A stretch of 33,289 nt of DNA from Octopus sinensis (GCF_006345805.1 NW_021832057.1:1-33289); one strand, 5' to 3'; positions 9,824-22,723 are shown, numbered from the stretch's first letter. Notes: a model not told the origin generated them from the letters alone. Made by a program: numbers and translations.

Positions 9824-10683
9824 GAGTGGGTACCCAAGAAACTGAAATTTTACAATGTTATTTTATTCACTTAGTTTTACATCTTTACACATTTATCGCC
9901 TTCAAAATATTCTCCATTTCCTGAAACGCATCGGTGCAAATGCGTTTTCCACTGTTCGAGGCTGGAACTCTTGCGAAGTGATGCCTTTTAACGCCTCCAT
10001 TGTTTTTATTTTCTTTTTTCACCTCTTACACATCTGCAAATTCCGAGTACCAGCCTTCATGAACAGTGGATGACCTTCGGAAAAAGCACCGGATCAACTT
10101 CCAGCTGTTCATGACACACATTCAGTCGTGACTGCTTTTGATTTTCAAGCGAGTCACAAATTTTGCTGCGACTCTTTTCATTCGCAATTCCGCGCACAAA
10201 ATTCTTTGTTAGGAGCTGCAGGACACAGCAATCATATCAACAAGTTCGTCAATTGTTCAGTGACGGTCCTCCATAACCAGATCATGAATTTTCATTTTGT
10301 TTTCATTCGTTCAGGAGATCGACGGTCTTCAAGCGACAAGTAACTGTTCCCAAAGCCTGAAAACCACATGAAAACTTGTGTTTTGCTCATGATAGTGTGA
10401 TTGTAAGCTGTTTGAAACATGACAGCTGTATCTGCCGCCATTTTCCCCAGCAGAAAACAAGATTTCATAGACGCATGCTGTTCTTTCTTTTCAGCCATCG
10501 CTGAAAGGAAGAAGCACTGAAAAACAAAGATGCACCATGTGGTAGTGCAGCCATGCAAGACGACACCGGTCGGCAGACAGTTGCCTGAGGGTTGTATATA
10601 GGACTTCTAGCAGCGGAAGCTAAAACTAAAACGGGCTTGTCCTACATAGAACGTTTGCGGTTACTTTGGTGTACACCCGCGTA
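9821..10683 (-). mobile_element. Internally deleted mariner (Tc1/mariner superfamily) with degenerate TIRs and TA ends
   Basis: The left end is TACGAGTGGGTACCCAAGAAACTG and the reverse complement of the right end is TACGCGGGTGTACACCAAAGTAACCG. Transposase remnants lie between them. Confidence 0.9.
9878..10498 (-). pseudogene. Mariner transposase pseudogene lacking the DDD catalytic core
   Basis: The N-terminus is MAEKKEQHASMKSCFLLGK...KTQVFMWFSGF...LSLED, followed by ELRMKRVAAKFVTRL and EQLEVDPVLFPKVI. It then jumps near 10067 to the C-terminus EALKGITSQEFQ...EQWKTHLHRCVSGNGEYFEGDKCVKM*. Stops and frameshifts are present. Confidence 0.9.
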
Positions 10684-10696
10684 TATATACAAACTT

Positions 10697-11099
10697 TATT
10701 CTTTTACTCTTTTACTTGTTTCAGGCATTTGACTGCGGCCATGCTGGAGCACCGCCTTTAGTCGAGCAAATCGACCCCAGGACTTATTCTTTGGAAGCCT
10801 AATACTTATTCTATCGGTTTCTTTTGCCGAACCGCTAATTGACGGGGACGTATACAGACCAGCATCGGTTGTCAAGAGATGTTGGGGGGGGGGGACAAAC
10901 AGAGATACGCAAACATATACACACGCATGCATATATACGATGGGCTTCTTTCAGTTTCCGTCTACCAAATCCACTCACAAGGCTTTGGTTAGCCCGAGGC
11001 TATTGTAGAAGATACTTGCCCAAGGTTCCACGCAGTGGGAATGAACCCAGAACCATGTGGTTGGTAAGCAAGCTACTTATCACACAGTCACCCTGCGCC
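10697..11099 (-). mobile_element. SINE group A, full length
   Basis: Reverse complement of the 7121 and 19306 copies, from GGCGCAGG head to (GTAAAAGA)n tail. Confidence 0.9.
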
Positions 11100-11122
11100 T
11101 TTGTGGATATAAGCATTAATAA

Positions 11123-11340
11123 TGGCAGTAAGCTGGCAGAATTTTTACATTATCAGACAAAATGCATTTCAGAATTTCTTCTAATTCTTTACGTTTTGAG
11201 CTCAAATTGCTTCGGGGATTTTCACCGCACCCCTACCCGGAAACTATAAAACGAAGTACCAGTGACGTGCTCAATCGACGGTTATCGGCTAACCCCTACC
11301 CTCAAAATATTTTGCCTCGTGCCTAAATCAGCAACCATTA
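11123..11340 (+). mobile_element. Old, highly diverged group B/C SINE
   Basis: AGCTGGCAGAAT head, TTACGTTTTGAGCTCAAAT, AAGTACCAG, and tail CCTCGTGCCTAAATCAGCAACCATTAT. Confidence 0.55.
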
Positions 11341-11740
<400 letters not shown>

Positions 11741-11845
11741 CATTCATACTATCAAAAATAAGCTGATAGACATAGAAAATAAAGTGAATCGTGTATGTGT
11801 TATTTTCTCTTTTGCAAGAATTGATGTACGTTTGTCTTCGCTAGG

Positions 11846-11913
11846 TTAATTCGATCGTAAAATTGGTCTTGTCTTAGGGACCGTCATGTGGCCATATTCC
11901 CTTGCTTTCAGAT
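11846..11913 (-). CDS. Candidate terminal host exon, (D)LKAREYGHMTVPKTRPILRSN*
   Basis: A strong pyrimidine tract (TTTTCTTATTCCTTTTCTCACAAGTACAG) precedes it. The phase-1 frame ends at TAA 11848-11846. There is no transcript support. Confidence 0.25.
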
Positions 11914-12459
11914 CTGTACTTGTGAGAAAAGGAATAAGAAAACTTCGACAACATCAACACGAACAAACAAAAATTATTAATAAAAAAAAAACAGAAGAAA
12001 ATCTAAAACATTAAATAGATTTTTCTATCTCCTCCTTAGGTTTAATCTGTTGTGTAATGAAGAATATGAGAATTGTTAATCTGGCCAGCAATCAAGAATA
12101 CGAGGCTAAGATAGATGCAATGAAAATAGAATGATGCAAAATAAAGAAGATAAGAAGAATAAAATCGGTAAAAAGCTTCTTTTGTGTGAAAATGTCAAAT
12201 AAAAAATTTCTCATCGAAAAACAAAACAAAAGACTAATGATTCTGCCACGGAGGAAAGGCAACAAAATTAGGTATAATGAACATTAAGAAATTGTATTTG
12301 GGTTTGTATTACTAGCCCTCCAGTTTCAATTTGCTTCTGGGCAAGTTCAACTATCCAACTGTAAATATAATGTTATTTTACAAGAATCTCGTTGCTGTGC
12401 AGTGTTTAATTTTCTCAATTCCACCATCTCCTTTCTACCCACTTCTTCGTGAACACGCA

Positions 12460-12505
12460 CACACTCACACACAAACACACACACAAACACGCGCTTATGT
12501 ATGCC

Positions 12506-12565
<60 letters not shown>

Positions 12566-12818
12566 ATGTATGTATATATATGTATGCATGTATGTGTGTG
12601 TATGTGTGAGTGTGTGTGTATGATGGATGAATCTCGATATGGGTCTACGCTAGTGCGTGTATGTGTGCGAATATATAATTGAATGTATGTGTGTCTCCAT
12701 AGATTAGGTCCTTTGATATAATATGTGTTCTATTCATTTTTGTTAATTTAGTACCTTGATTCTGAGCAATTTGGAATTCAATGATTGCATCTTCGCTGAA
12801 ATCTCCGAATAAAAACAA

Positions 12819-12852
<34 letters not shown>

Positions 12853-13167
12853 GTATGTATTTATGTATGTTTTTATCTATGTATGTAAGAATAGATAGAT
12901 AGATAGATAGATAGATAGTAGATGGATAGATACACATGTGTGTATTTCAAAATGAGTATCTACAACGAAAAGGACGCTATTTGATAATAACGACATTTCA
13001 GCAGTTTACGCTAATCTGTATAATGAGTGTAATTGCCAAATAGGCGTTCTCTTCTTCACCTGCTGATGAAGGCCTTATACAGGTGTATTGATACGCATGT
13101 AGCTGCAAGCAACAATATATTCTTATATTCAGAGCAAGGTAATATGCGCAGTATGAATGTATACACG

Positions 13168-13200
<33 letters not shown>

Positions 13201-13371
13201 GTTAATGTATATATATATATATATTTATATACATTTATATATATTTATTTACCATTTATTTTCATTATTCGTTTCGTTTGTGTATTTCGTTATACCATAT
13301 ATCTATGTGCGTGTGTGTGTGTTTATGTATGTATATACACACATATATATACGGGTGTATTCATATACATA

Positions 13372-13418
<47 letters not shown>

Positions 13419-13475
13419 CTATATGTACAAGTGTATATATATATATATATATATATCTATATATGTGCGTATGAG

Positions 13476-13521
<46 letters not shown>

Positions 13522-13537
13522 GTGTCTATATGTACAA

Positions 13538-13578
<41 letters not shown>

Positions 13579-13590
13579 CGTATGAGTATG

Positions 13591-13651
<61 letters not shown>

Positions 13652-13685
13652 GTCTATAAATATATAGACATATATATTATACATT

Positions 13686-13718
<33 letters not shown>

Positions 13719-13750
13719 TATATATATATCTATGAGTATGTATGTATGTG
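12460..13750. repeat. Compound (TA)n/(TG)n/(CA)n/(GATA)n/(CT)n region with short unique islands
   Basis: Direct reading. Confidence 0.85.
12755..12802 (-). CDS. Candidate short host exon, (D)FSEDAIIEFQIAQNQ (alternative acceptor gives 12755-12795)
   Basis: An open frame with donor AAG|GTACTA and acceptor either GGAG or TTTCAG. There is no transcript support. Confidence 0.25.
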
Positions 13751-13989
13751 TGTATGTATATCATACAGTTGATTGTATGTATTGATCTACTCATGAGCCA
13801 ACTAATTCTTAGTGTAATTTTGTTGGAAAATTGTTTTCTGCTCTACTTGATACATTTAATGAATCCTCTAGCATTATCCATTACGTTAGTTCTTGTTAAA
13901 AGCATGCCTTTCTCTTTTTTTTTATCAGCTATCCGTGCTCTACTGCATATTCTGCCGTCTTTCTACGGTACCAGTACCATGTCAGTTGA

Positions 13990-14056
13990 TCATTATCATC
14001 ATCATCATCATCATCATCATCATTATTATTATTATTATTATTATTATAATTATTAC

Positions 14057-14095
<39 letters not shown>

Positions 14096-14121
14096 CATCA
14101 TTATTATTATTATTATTATTA

Positions 14122-14181
<60 letters not shown>

Positions 14182-14190
14182 CGTTATTAT
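13990..14190. repeat. (CAT)n then (TAT)n microsatellite
   Basis: Direct reading. Confidence 0.95.
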
Positions 14191-14736
14191 TATAAAACCC
14201 TGGTTGTTAGTATCAGTCATTCACCTCTTGTCTCTTTCTAGAGAAAAAGACGTTGTTTTTGGTCTCCAATCTTAGTGAACAACAAAGCCGATTCATACAG
14301 AGGGAGAGACGGTATGACAGAAAGAGAAATATCTCTAAACCAATGACAAGTACTTTGTTTATCGACCCAGAAATGGAAAAATGCAGAGTTAATTTTAGCA
14401 AGATACGAAATCTTATGGTGGTCAGTTGAGTCTTTCGTTCATATGTTAGATTTAAAACTTTCTTGTGTTGCGTCTAAATTCTGCCGAGGCCTGACTTTGC
14501 TTTTCATTATTTTGTGGTTTACGTCAGCAAGATGGCATGATTCGTAGGAGGTTGGACAAAATGTCTCAGCCTGTAGTTGAAAGAATTATTTTGTGGTTGA
14601 TAAACAAAGTACCAACACAAGGCTGCCATCGCTGTGACTCCGAAAGAGTCGGACTAGATGTGTTGCCGTACTTATTTCCGCTCTTTATGGTCAGCTTTCA
14701 AGTCTCACTGAAGTCACATTCATAATAAGCACAAAT

Positions 14737-15050
14737 GTCATTCCGTCGGTTACGACGACGAAGATTCTAGTTGATCCGATCAATGAAACATCCTGCTCGT
14801 GAAATTAACGTGCATGTGGCTGAGCACTGGAGAGAGATACGTATACCCTCAACATAGTTCTCAAGGAGATTCAGCGTGACAAAGAATATGACAAGGTTGA
14901 CCCTTTGAAATACAGGTACTGCTCATTTTCGTCAGCTGAGCGAACTGGAGCAACATGAAATAAAGTGTTGCTCAAGGACACAACGAGTCACCTGGAATTG
15001 AACTCATGTCCTTGCGATCGTGAGCCGAGCACCCTAACCACTAAGCCACG
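14737..15050 (-). mobile_element. tRNA-headed SINE group E, near full length
   Basis: The minus strand has A-box GTGGCTTAGTGGTTAGG, B-box GAGTTCAATTCC and CORE-like GTGTCCTTGAGCAA. Its 3' part matches 22419-22600. Confidence 0.85.
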
Positions 15051-15254
15051 TTCACACAGTAAGGATAATACTCTAATTAATACCCAATTCCATTCTCATT
15101 TTCTCACAGAATATTCACATTTCGTTCTCTAAAGTATCAACTTAATTTTTATTGTTACCGAATAATTAACCATTTAATTATAATATAAATAGGACAAACA
15201 TGATAAGTATTTCGTAATAAGAAGAAGATATCTAATAAAAATTATTTGGCTTAC

Positions 15255-15314
15255 CGTTTCTACAGCTTTACCTAATTCATATTTTGCTTTTGGCTTCCTT
15301 AAGATAGGAGCCAT
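15255..15314 (-). CDS. Candidate first coding exon of a host gene (exon 15255-15328), MAPILRKPKAKYELGKAVET; product unknown
   Basis: Acceptor TCTATTCTTTTACTATTTGCAG, ATG in ATCATGG context and strong donor ACG|GTAAGC. The other two frames contain stops. Confidence 0.45.
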
Positions 15315-15460
15315 GATGATTAGACTGACTGCAAATAGTAAAAGAATAGATTATCTCCTTGAAACATTCCATTCTTTATCATTACTTTCCGAAGTTTCTA
15401 GCTACCCAATATAAGTTCTGCTTCTCAGTGGTCCGTACTATCTCTAAGAAATGGTTTTAT

Positions 15461-15744
15461 GCTAAAAGTGTAAACTATTGACCATCAAGACCTTGGAAGA
15501 AATTAAAAATAAATTTACAACCATATATATATCAACAAACTGTTACAGGAGCAGAAATCATGCCAGAAACAAAGAAGAGCTACAAAAGAGCAAGTCCACA
15601 TAAACAAAGCAATTCTCTTCCATTTTAAAAGGAGGCAAACAGGTTATCTATGGCCTGGCTTGGTGACAAAAATGCTTTCAAAACGGTTCATCAGCTCTAA
15701 TACTTAAATGCTTCGACGTATACAAAATAGCCGATAACATTTAG
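15461..15744 (+). pseudogene. Decayed non-LTR reverse transcriptase fragment (R4/Dong-like motifs)
   Basis: With frameshifts it reads NKLLQEQKSCQKQRRATKEQVHINKAILFHFKRRQT / LSMAWLGDKNAFKTVH / ILKCFDVYKIADNI. This matches the remembered RT pattern EQKGC...TKDQLLIDKAIL...LSMAWIDYKKAFDSVPH..ILKCL. Confidence 0.65.
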
Positions 15745-15830
15745 TTGGTAGTGAAGTAGAATAGTTGGAGCTTCAAAGTAAATGTCAAGCAGTATTTGTT
15801 CTGGCTGGGTAAGTACAGATTTCAAATTCT

Positions 15831-16248
15831 TATTTCTTTATTGCCCACAAGGGGCTAAACATAGAGGGGACAAACAAGGACAGATAAAGGGATTAAATCG
15901 ATTACATCGACTCCAGTGCGTAACTGGTACTTAATTTATCGACACTGAAAGGATGAAAGGCAAAGTCGACCTCGGCGGAATTTGAACTCAGAACGTAACG
16001 GCAGACAAATACCTATTTCTTTACTGCCCATAAAGGGTTATACACAGAGGGGACAAATAAGGACAGACAAACGGATTAGGTCGATTATATCGACCCCAGT
16101 GCGTAAATGGTACTTAATTTATCGACGCCGAAAGGATGAAAGGCAAAGTCGACCTCGGTGGAATTTGAACTCAGAGCGTAAAAGAAAGACGAAATACCAC
16201 TAAGCATTTCGCCCGGCGTGCTAATGTTTCTGCCAGCTCGCCACCTTC
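15831..16248 (-). mobile_element. Dimeric group B SINE (B tail on both monomers) with a perfect 13-bp TSD
   Basis: GATTTCAAATTCT occurs at 15818-15830 and 16249-16261. Between them are one head and two tandem body-plus-tail units ending CAATAAAGAAATA. Confidence 0.92.
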
Positions 16249-17049
16249 GATTTCAAATTCTGCCGTGGTCACATTTCTTCAACATATCTTCAGGGTCGGG
16301 AAACTAAATGATCCGTCAATTCCACTATTTAAAATAGCCAAGCCTTGTTTCTGTTTTTGATAGAATACAGCGATGATATTCTAGCAAGGTTAAATTTGCA
16401 TTTCAGCCATTTGGAATCGATAAACTAAAGTACCATTCAAGTACGTAGATCGACGGTATTGTGTAACCCAGTTCCCAAATTTAAGGCCTGACTGTGTGGG
16501 AAACATTCACATGAATTGCAGCTTAGGGAATAAAAGCTTTCCAGAGGCGTTTAGTAAAGGCTAATGGTTAGCACGTAACGTATTTTGTCTTAAAATGAAT
16601 TGCAACAGAAATATACACCAGACCTAAGAAACCCTTCGCATCTTGAAAAGATAAAACGCTAGTTTCTTAACTTCATATAGATGCAGACGATCGTCGTTTT
16701 CGTCTTTATCTTGTATCTCAGAATTTAGTGGGGGTTCACTTAGCAAATAAACATTTACGAGAAACTTCATGTATTGCGTTCGAGTAAAACTTTTACATTT
16801 CAATGAAATCAATCTGATAGAAAGTCTTCAAAAATGTGGAATGGGTTAGTAGTTTGAACATTTTATTCCCATAATGTATGTTGAAGAATTTCTTTACTAA
16901 AGATCTGAAAGCAAATAGGGCGGAAGAAAGCAAGTGCCGACAACTAAACAGAGAGCGAGAGGGTTAGATGGGGGAGAAACTTGCAGGCAGACTACACATA
17001 AAGAAGAAAGTATTCGGATACATCACAATGGTAGATGCAGCGCAATTTT

Positions 17050-17375
<326 letters not shown>

Positions 17376-17379
17376 AGGT

Positions 17380-18457
17380 ATGTTTCTTTATTGGCCACAC
17401 AGGACTGAACACAGAGGAGACAAAATACAAAGTACAGCTTTTCTTTTTGGAAAGAAGAGAAGGAAAAGAAAAAGTAAAAAAGAAAAAAGAAAGGGGGCAG
17501 AAATTCGATCAAAATGGATCGTTAAAAAAAAGAAACGCCGATCAATAGGGATCGTGTATCACAGAAATGTCATAGTGTAAAAAGGGGAAACAGATTAGAT
17601 TTATCCGTGGAAACAAAAGCCTACGGAAAAGACCGTGATAACCTCGGGCAATAATGTCATGCAAAAAACGCATTACAGTAAGTGACTCTCTTTTTTCCTT
17701 TCTTTTTTTTTTTTGGTTCATAGGATTATGCTCAAGCAGGCTCCGTCATTCGAACGTGCCATCCTTGCTACATTCACCAATCTCTTTTTTTTTTTTGAAC
17801 ATTCGCTAAACAAAACATCCCTCTCTGCTCTCACCTTCATCTTCAAGTGATGCTTGAAGAAGTTGATAGAGATTCACCAGAGAGGAAAGTGTTTGTCCCT
17901 AGACCTCTCAGACGCGTCCACCATAACATTCTTTCGCCAGAGTCACAAGTACGATGAAAATGGTTCTTCCTTCCCATTTCAAGGAAGGAGACACAGCAAT
18001 ATTCACGATAGACTCGGTGGATAAACTGACTCGTCCCACACGCGATAGCAGTCGTTCGACATAGGCCCACAGGTCGTAAATGGCTGGACACTGTACGAGT
18101 GCGTGCAGAACGGTTTCATCGCTCTGACCTCATCTCAAGCAGGTTGGCCCCATGTTTCGCGAGCCATGCCTGTAGAGCTTATCCCGAACGGGTAGCGCTT
18201 CTCGATAACACTGCCAGGCCAAGGATCTCTGGAAGTTGTCCATAGGCCCCGGCCCGAAAGTCTTCTTGAACAGGCGGGTCAGGTATTCCTTGTCGACTCC
18301 CAGGTTCGCCCCGAGATCGTCGTCATACCTCCCTTCCACTAATCTCCTCCAGAATGCTTTGGTTGTGTTGAAGGAGCTCAAGGTCGACCCAGGACGGCAT
18401 AGCTGCTTGAGAGTAACGCGACACTTGCGGTGCCATTCGCCCTTCCTCGGCCTCTTT
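17380..18457 (-). mobile_element. 5'-truncated Tx1/L1-clade LINE (ORF2 C-terminus + T-rich 3' UTR)
   Basis: The ORF2 remnant (next feature) is followed by a ~340-nt T-rich UTR ending GTGTGGCCAATAAAGAAACA at a (TCTA)-type array. Confidence 0.8.
17718..18450 (-). pseudogene. ORF2 C-terminal remnant with zf-RVT-type zinc finger
   Basis: It reads NFQRSLAWQCYREALPVRDKLYRHGSRNMGPTCLR*GQSDETVLHALVQCPAIYDLWAYVERLL, where the second Cys is mutated to TGA at 18132-18130. After frameshifts it continues LWWTRLRGL and INFFKHHLKMKVRAER to a stop at 17720-17718. Confidence 0.85.
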
Positions 18458-18471
18458 TAGATTGATAGATA

Positions 18472-18509
18472 TATTTCTTTATTAGCCACACAGGGCTGAA
18501 TACAGAGGT
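18472..18509 (-). mobile_element. Second, extremely 5'-truncated copy of the same 3' tail
   Basis: Minus strand CCTCTGTATTCAGCCCTGTGTGGCTAATAAAGAAATA then TATCTATCAATCT; near-identical to 17380-17417. Confidence 0.75.
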
Positions 18510-18910
<401 letters not shown>

Positions 18911-19114
18911 AATATATACGTTCAAACAGACAGACACATTCATTCAATCAAATCGGTCATGACTTTTTCATCATTACTGAGTGAAAGGCTTTCTTGTATT
19001 TCTCCATAAACTTCGGTTTCGCATTTCTGTTCTTCAATTTTTTTCGTCTCATATATCCATTCCCGTATCTTGTGCACTGACGTCGTGCATTTCTTATATA
19101 GCTGGAATCCAGTC

Positions 19115-19183
19115 ACTTACCTTATCACTCTGTCTGTTGCTATTCAGTAGAAATTCTATTTTAAACAATTTTTCAAATTTCAT
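19115..19183 (-). other. Consensus splice donor AAG|GTAAGT at 19121/19120; candidate upstream (5' UTR) exon, 5' boundary unknown
   Basis: A perfect donor in unique sequence, on the same strand as and upstream of the 15255-15328 exon. Confidence 0.3.
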
Positions 19184-19305
19184 TTTGAATTTTTTTCCTG
19201 TGTTTTTATTTTTTGTTATTTTTTTTTGGTTTTCGGCTTGATGCTTTTGGTATTTTTGTAGAATCTATTTCATCGCTGCATGCACAATGCAATCATATAT
19301 ATATA

Positions 19306-19704
19306 GGCGCAGGAGTGGCTGTGTGGTAAGTAGCTTCCTAACCAGCCACATGGTTCCGGGTCCAGTCCCACTGCGTGGCATCTTGGGCAAGTGTCTTCTG
19401 CTATAGCCCCGGGTGGATTTGGTAGACGGAAACTGAAAGAAGCCTGTCGTATATATGTATATATATATATATGTATGTGTGTGTATGTGTTGTGTGTCTG
19501 TGTTTGTCTCCCTAGGATTGCTTGACAACCGACGCTGGTGTGTTTACGTCCCCGTCACTTAGCGGTTCGGCAAAAGAGACCGATAGAATAAGTACTGGGC
19601 TTACAAAGAACAAGTCCCGGGGTCGATTTGCTCGACTAAAGGCGGTGCTCCAGCATGGCCGCAGTCAAATAACTGAAACAATTAAAAGAGTAAAAGAGTA
19701 AAAG

Positions 19705-19705
<1 letters not shown>
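19306..19705 (+). mobile_element. SINE group A, full length with a small internal deletion
   Basis: Begins GGCGCAGGAGTGGCTGTGTGG, lacks CCGACCAATGCCTTGTGAG, and sits in (TA)n on both sides. Confidence 0.92.
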
Positions 19706-19749
<44 letters not shown>

Positions 19750-19785
19750 CACTTTTATTTGCACATGCATAAACATTTTCATAGT

Positions 19786-19908
<123 letters not shown>

Positions 19909-20990
19909 CCGGAGAGATGGCTTATATTACAGAACAATGCAGAACTACAGGCTAACGTTCTTAAGTTGAACATCAAATGGACACCTTCGTTTCTCAACAC
20001 CATTGAATTTTTTCCCTGCCTGTGCGTGTGCCTGCGTATGTGTGAGTACACGTCAGTTTGCTTGCCTGTGTGTTATCTAAATTTATCCTCAACTGTATAA
20101 AAAAAGCAACATTCATGCTTTGCCTTTCATACACAAGTTAGTCCATGTTGTGAAACATTTGTTATAAACTAAAAGTCCACACACGTCACTTAGAAGCAAA
20201 AGGTTATACAATTTTATGTAGAAATCAGAATTCATTTCTTCTCTCCACCCTCCCAGTATGCATTCCTTGACCATACATTACTTGCTATACTACAGTTTCA
20301 CCCAACTAAGCCTGCAACAAAAAGTATGGCACCGAACTTTGGCCAGTGATAAAAGATGTATGAATGGGGATGAACTCTTTCTACAACGGAAGCCTGACAA
20401 AAATATATCGCCTCTTCAGGCCCAACAAAATAGTTAAATGTGAAGATGTGCGTCAAAACTTAATTACAATAGTGTGGTCCTTCAAATTAAATAGTTGCTG
20501 CTCAGCTTGATATGCTACATGGTTGGAATAAACCAACACAGAGTACCAATATCAGTATTAAGACTGGCAACACTCGGAAAACAAAGCCCTGGATAATCGA
20601 ATAACACCTGACGTAGAATAGCTGAAGGTGAGCTGAGGGTTGATAAATGGTGATCTGAATTTTTTTAATATATTCAGGAACGAAATCAATGCGTATGACC
20701 AGTTGCAGGGTTGCAGGGACTTCATGATTGTTGGGAGGCGGGGAACAAGGAATACATACAGGGAGGGTGGGGAGAAGAAATGTATCTTGAAACAGGAAAG
20801 CTTGGCCGAAAGATTATATAGTCGGCTCCGATAAATATATGTGATGTAATCAGATGTTGCTAAACTGTGCGACGGGTTAAGCGTACTAACCAAGTAAGCC
20901 ATGGAGGGATTTAAGCTCATAACAGAACAAATACCGCAAGGTAACGCTCTGATGTTCTTATAGTTCTGATGATTCACCGCCTTGAATCGG

Positions 20991-21207
20991 TATTCTTTAC
21001 TCTTTTACTCTTTTACTTGTTTCAGTCATTTGACTGCGGCGATGCTGGAGCATCACCTTTAGTCGAGCAAATCGACCCCAGGACTTATTCTTTGTAAGCC
21101 TAGTACTTATTCTATCGGTCACTTTTGCCGAACAGCTAAGTTACGGGGGACATAAACATACCAGTATCGGTTGTCAAGCGATGTTAGGGGCACAAACGCA
21201 GACACAC

Positions 21208-21295
<88 letters not shown>

Positions 21296-21459
21296 ACATA
21301 TATATACGACGGGCTTTTTTCAGTTTCCGTCTACTAAATCCACTCACAAGGCTTTGGTCGGCACGAGGCTATAGTAGAAGACACTTGCCCAAGTTCCCAC
21401 GCAGTGGGACTGAACCCGAAACCATGTGGTTGGTAAGCAAGCTACTTACCACGCAGCTA
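20991..21459 (-). mobile_element. SINE group A, near full length with long internal (TA)n(TG)n
   Basis: Reverse-complement match to the 19306 copy. Confidence 0.92.
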
Positions 21460-22418
21460 CATCAAGAGATTTTTAGCTTCATGAAACCAGGGATAGTGGC
21501 AACTGGCGGAAGCATCCTGTCCGATGCGTTAACGACACTACTAAATCGCCACCGACCGACGTTAAATTGCAAAAAGCCTTATTTTCCAATGAAGGGACAT
21601 ATCAAATGAAAAGTAAATAGATAAATAAATATTTCAAATCAAAATTTCAAAAGACTCGAACCGAAAATAAATTTCAAAGACCAGCGAAATTGCATTAGAA
21701 ATCAACAGATTTCTACATATAAGAGAAGTAATTGAAGAATTCTGAAGATGGGAATACTGTTTAATCCTCATTAATCTCCATGATGAAAAACGTTCAAGCT
21801 GGGACCATCGCATCTTTTTATTCCTGTATACGTAGCTATTTGAGCATTTGTCCTTATTTTTTTACTTTTTATATCTGAATAATATCAAAATTGATGAGTT
21901 TTTCATTTAACTTCAGTCATGTTATTCTTGAAAACAAGGACAGAAAATTAATACGCTTCGTCAATTTTCTTGGAATTTTGACATTTTTTACCAAACAAAC
22001 CTTTGTACGTAATCTTTAAAAGAATTCAGAAAAATTCTAAAATTCCTAACAGCAAAAAAAAAAGTCTTATATGACCAATAAGTAGATAAACAAATAAATA
22101 AATAAAATACAAACCCAAATTGAATAACTATCATATTTGTTACTTGAGGAATGTTAGTAAAATTGTCACTTCTGACGTTTCAGATATATTTGTATAATAT
22201 AAAACACAAACCACTAAAGACCAACAGAAAACTGAATTTCAAAATAAAAAATTTAACATTCAGATAAATCAATGGCAAACCGCATTTCCGATTCAGACCC
22301 TTGAAACAATGAAACAAAATTCTAAAAATGGCAGGCGTTCCGGCAACGGGAGGTGGTTAACCGTGCTGCACTATTTCACCACAACTTTCTCCTCTCACTC
22401 TTTCTTCCTGTTTCTGTT

Positions 22419-22600
22419 GTAGCTGTACTTGAAAGGGCCAGTCCTGTCATACTCTGTATCATGCTGAATCTCCCCGAGAACTACGTTAAGGGTACACGTG
22501 CCTGTAGAGTGCTCAGCCACTTGCACGTTAATTTCACGAGCAGGCTGTTCCGTTGATCGGATCGACTGGAACCCTCGTCGTCATAACCGACAGTGTCACG
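22419..22600 (+). mobile_element. 3' part of SINE group E
   Basis: GCTGAATCTCCCCGAGAACTACGTTAAGGGTACACGTG...GATCGGATCGACTGGAACCCTCGTCGTCATAACCGAC matches the reverse complement of 14737-14915. Confidence 0.85.
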
Positions 22601-22723
22601 ATGTATATATGTATGTATATGTGTGTATGTATGTATATATGTATGTGTGTATATATATTTGTTTATGTATGTATTATGTATGTATATGTTATGTTTGTAT
22701 GTATGTACATGATGTGTTTGTTT

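Noticed and set aside
12040-12135. Plus-strand acceptor followed by LICCVMKNMRIVNLASNQEYEAKIDAMKIE*
   Set aside because: It is an isolated acceptor with no supporting partner exons; such matches are expected by chance in AT-rich DNA
13060-13105. Hammerhead-like CTGATGAAG...GATACGCATGTA
   Set aside because: GAUA replaces GAAA, stem II is unconvincing and there is no stem I complement; at best a decayed relic
14340-14730. Scattered fragments resembling B/C SINE blocks
   Set aside because: They are too degraded to assign boundaries or copy number reliably
14990-15050. tRNA gene (also the heads at 19306 and 26945)
   Set aside because: A and B boxes are present, but there is no complete cloverleaf and each continues into a repeated SINE body
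16624-16812. 62-aa non-repetitive ORF (MISLKCKSF...)
   Set aside because: It has no recognisable homology, a non-ATG start and no convincing splice sites
20290-20990. Moderately GC-richer unique segment with short ORFs (e.g. 20640-20834)
   Set aside because: I recognise no protein motif or splice structure; it may be a very old TE remnant, and TBLASTX against repeat libraries would decide
20960-20992. CTGATGATTCA-CCGCCT-TGAATCG hairpin resembling a hammerhead 5' half
   Set aside because: The core and stem II overlap, and no GAAA or stem III follows on either side of the adjacent SINE
22330-22362. GGCGTTCCGGCAACGGGAGGTGGTTAA as a TTAA-type transposon end
   Set aside because: I found no matching opposite terminus in the window
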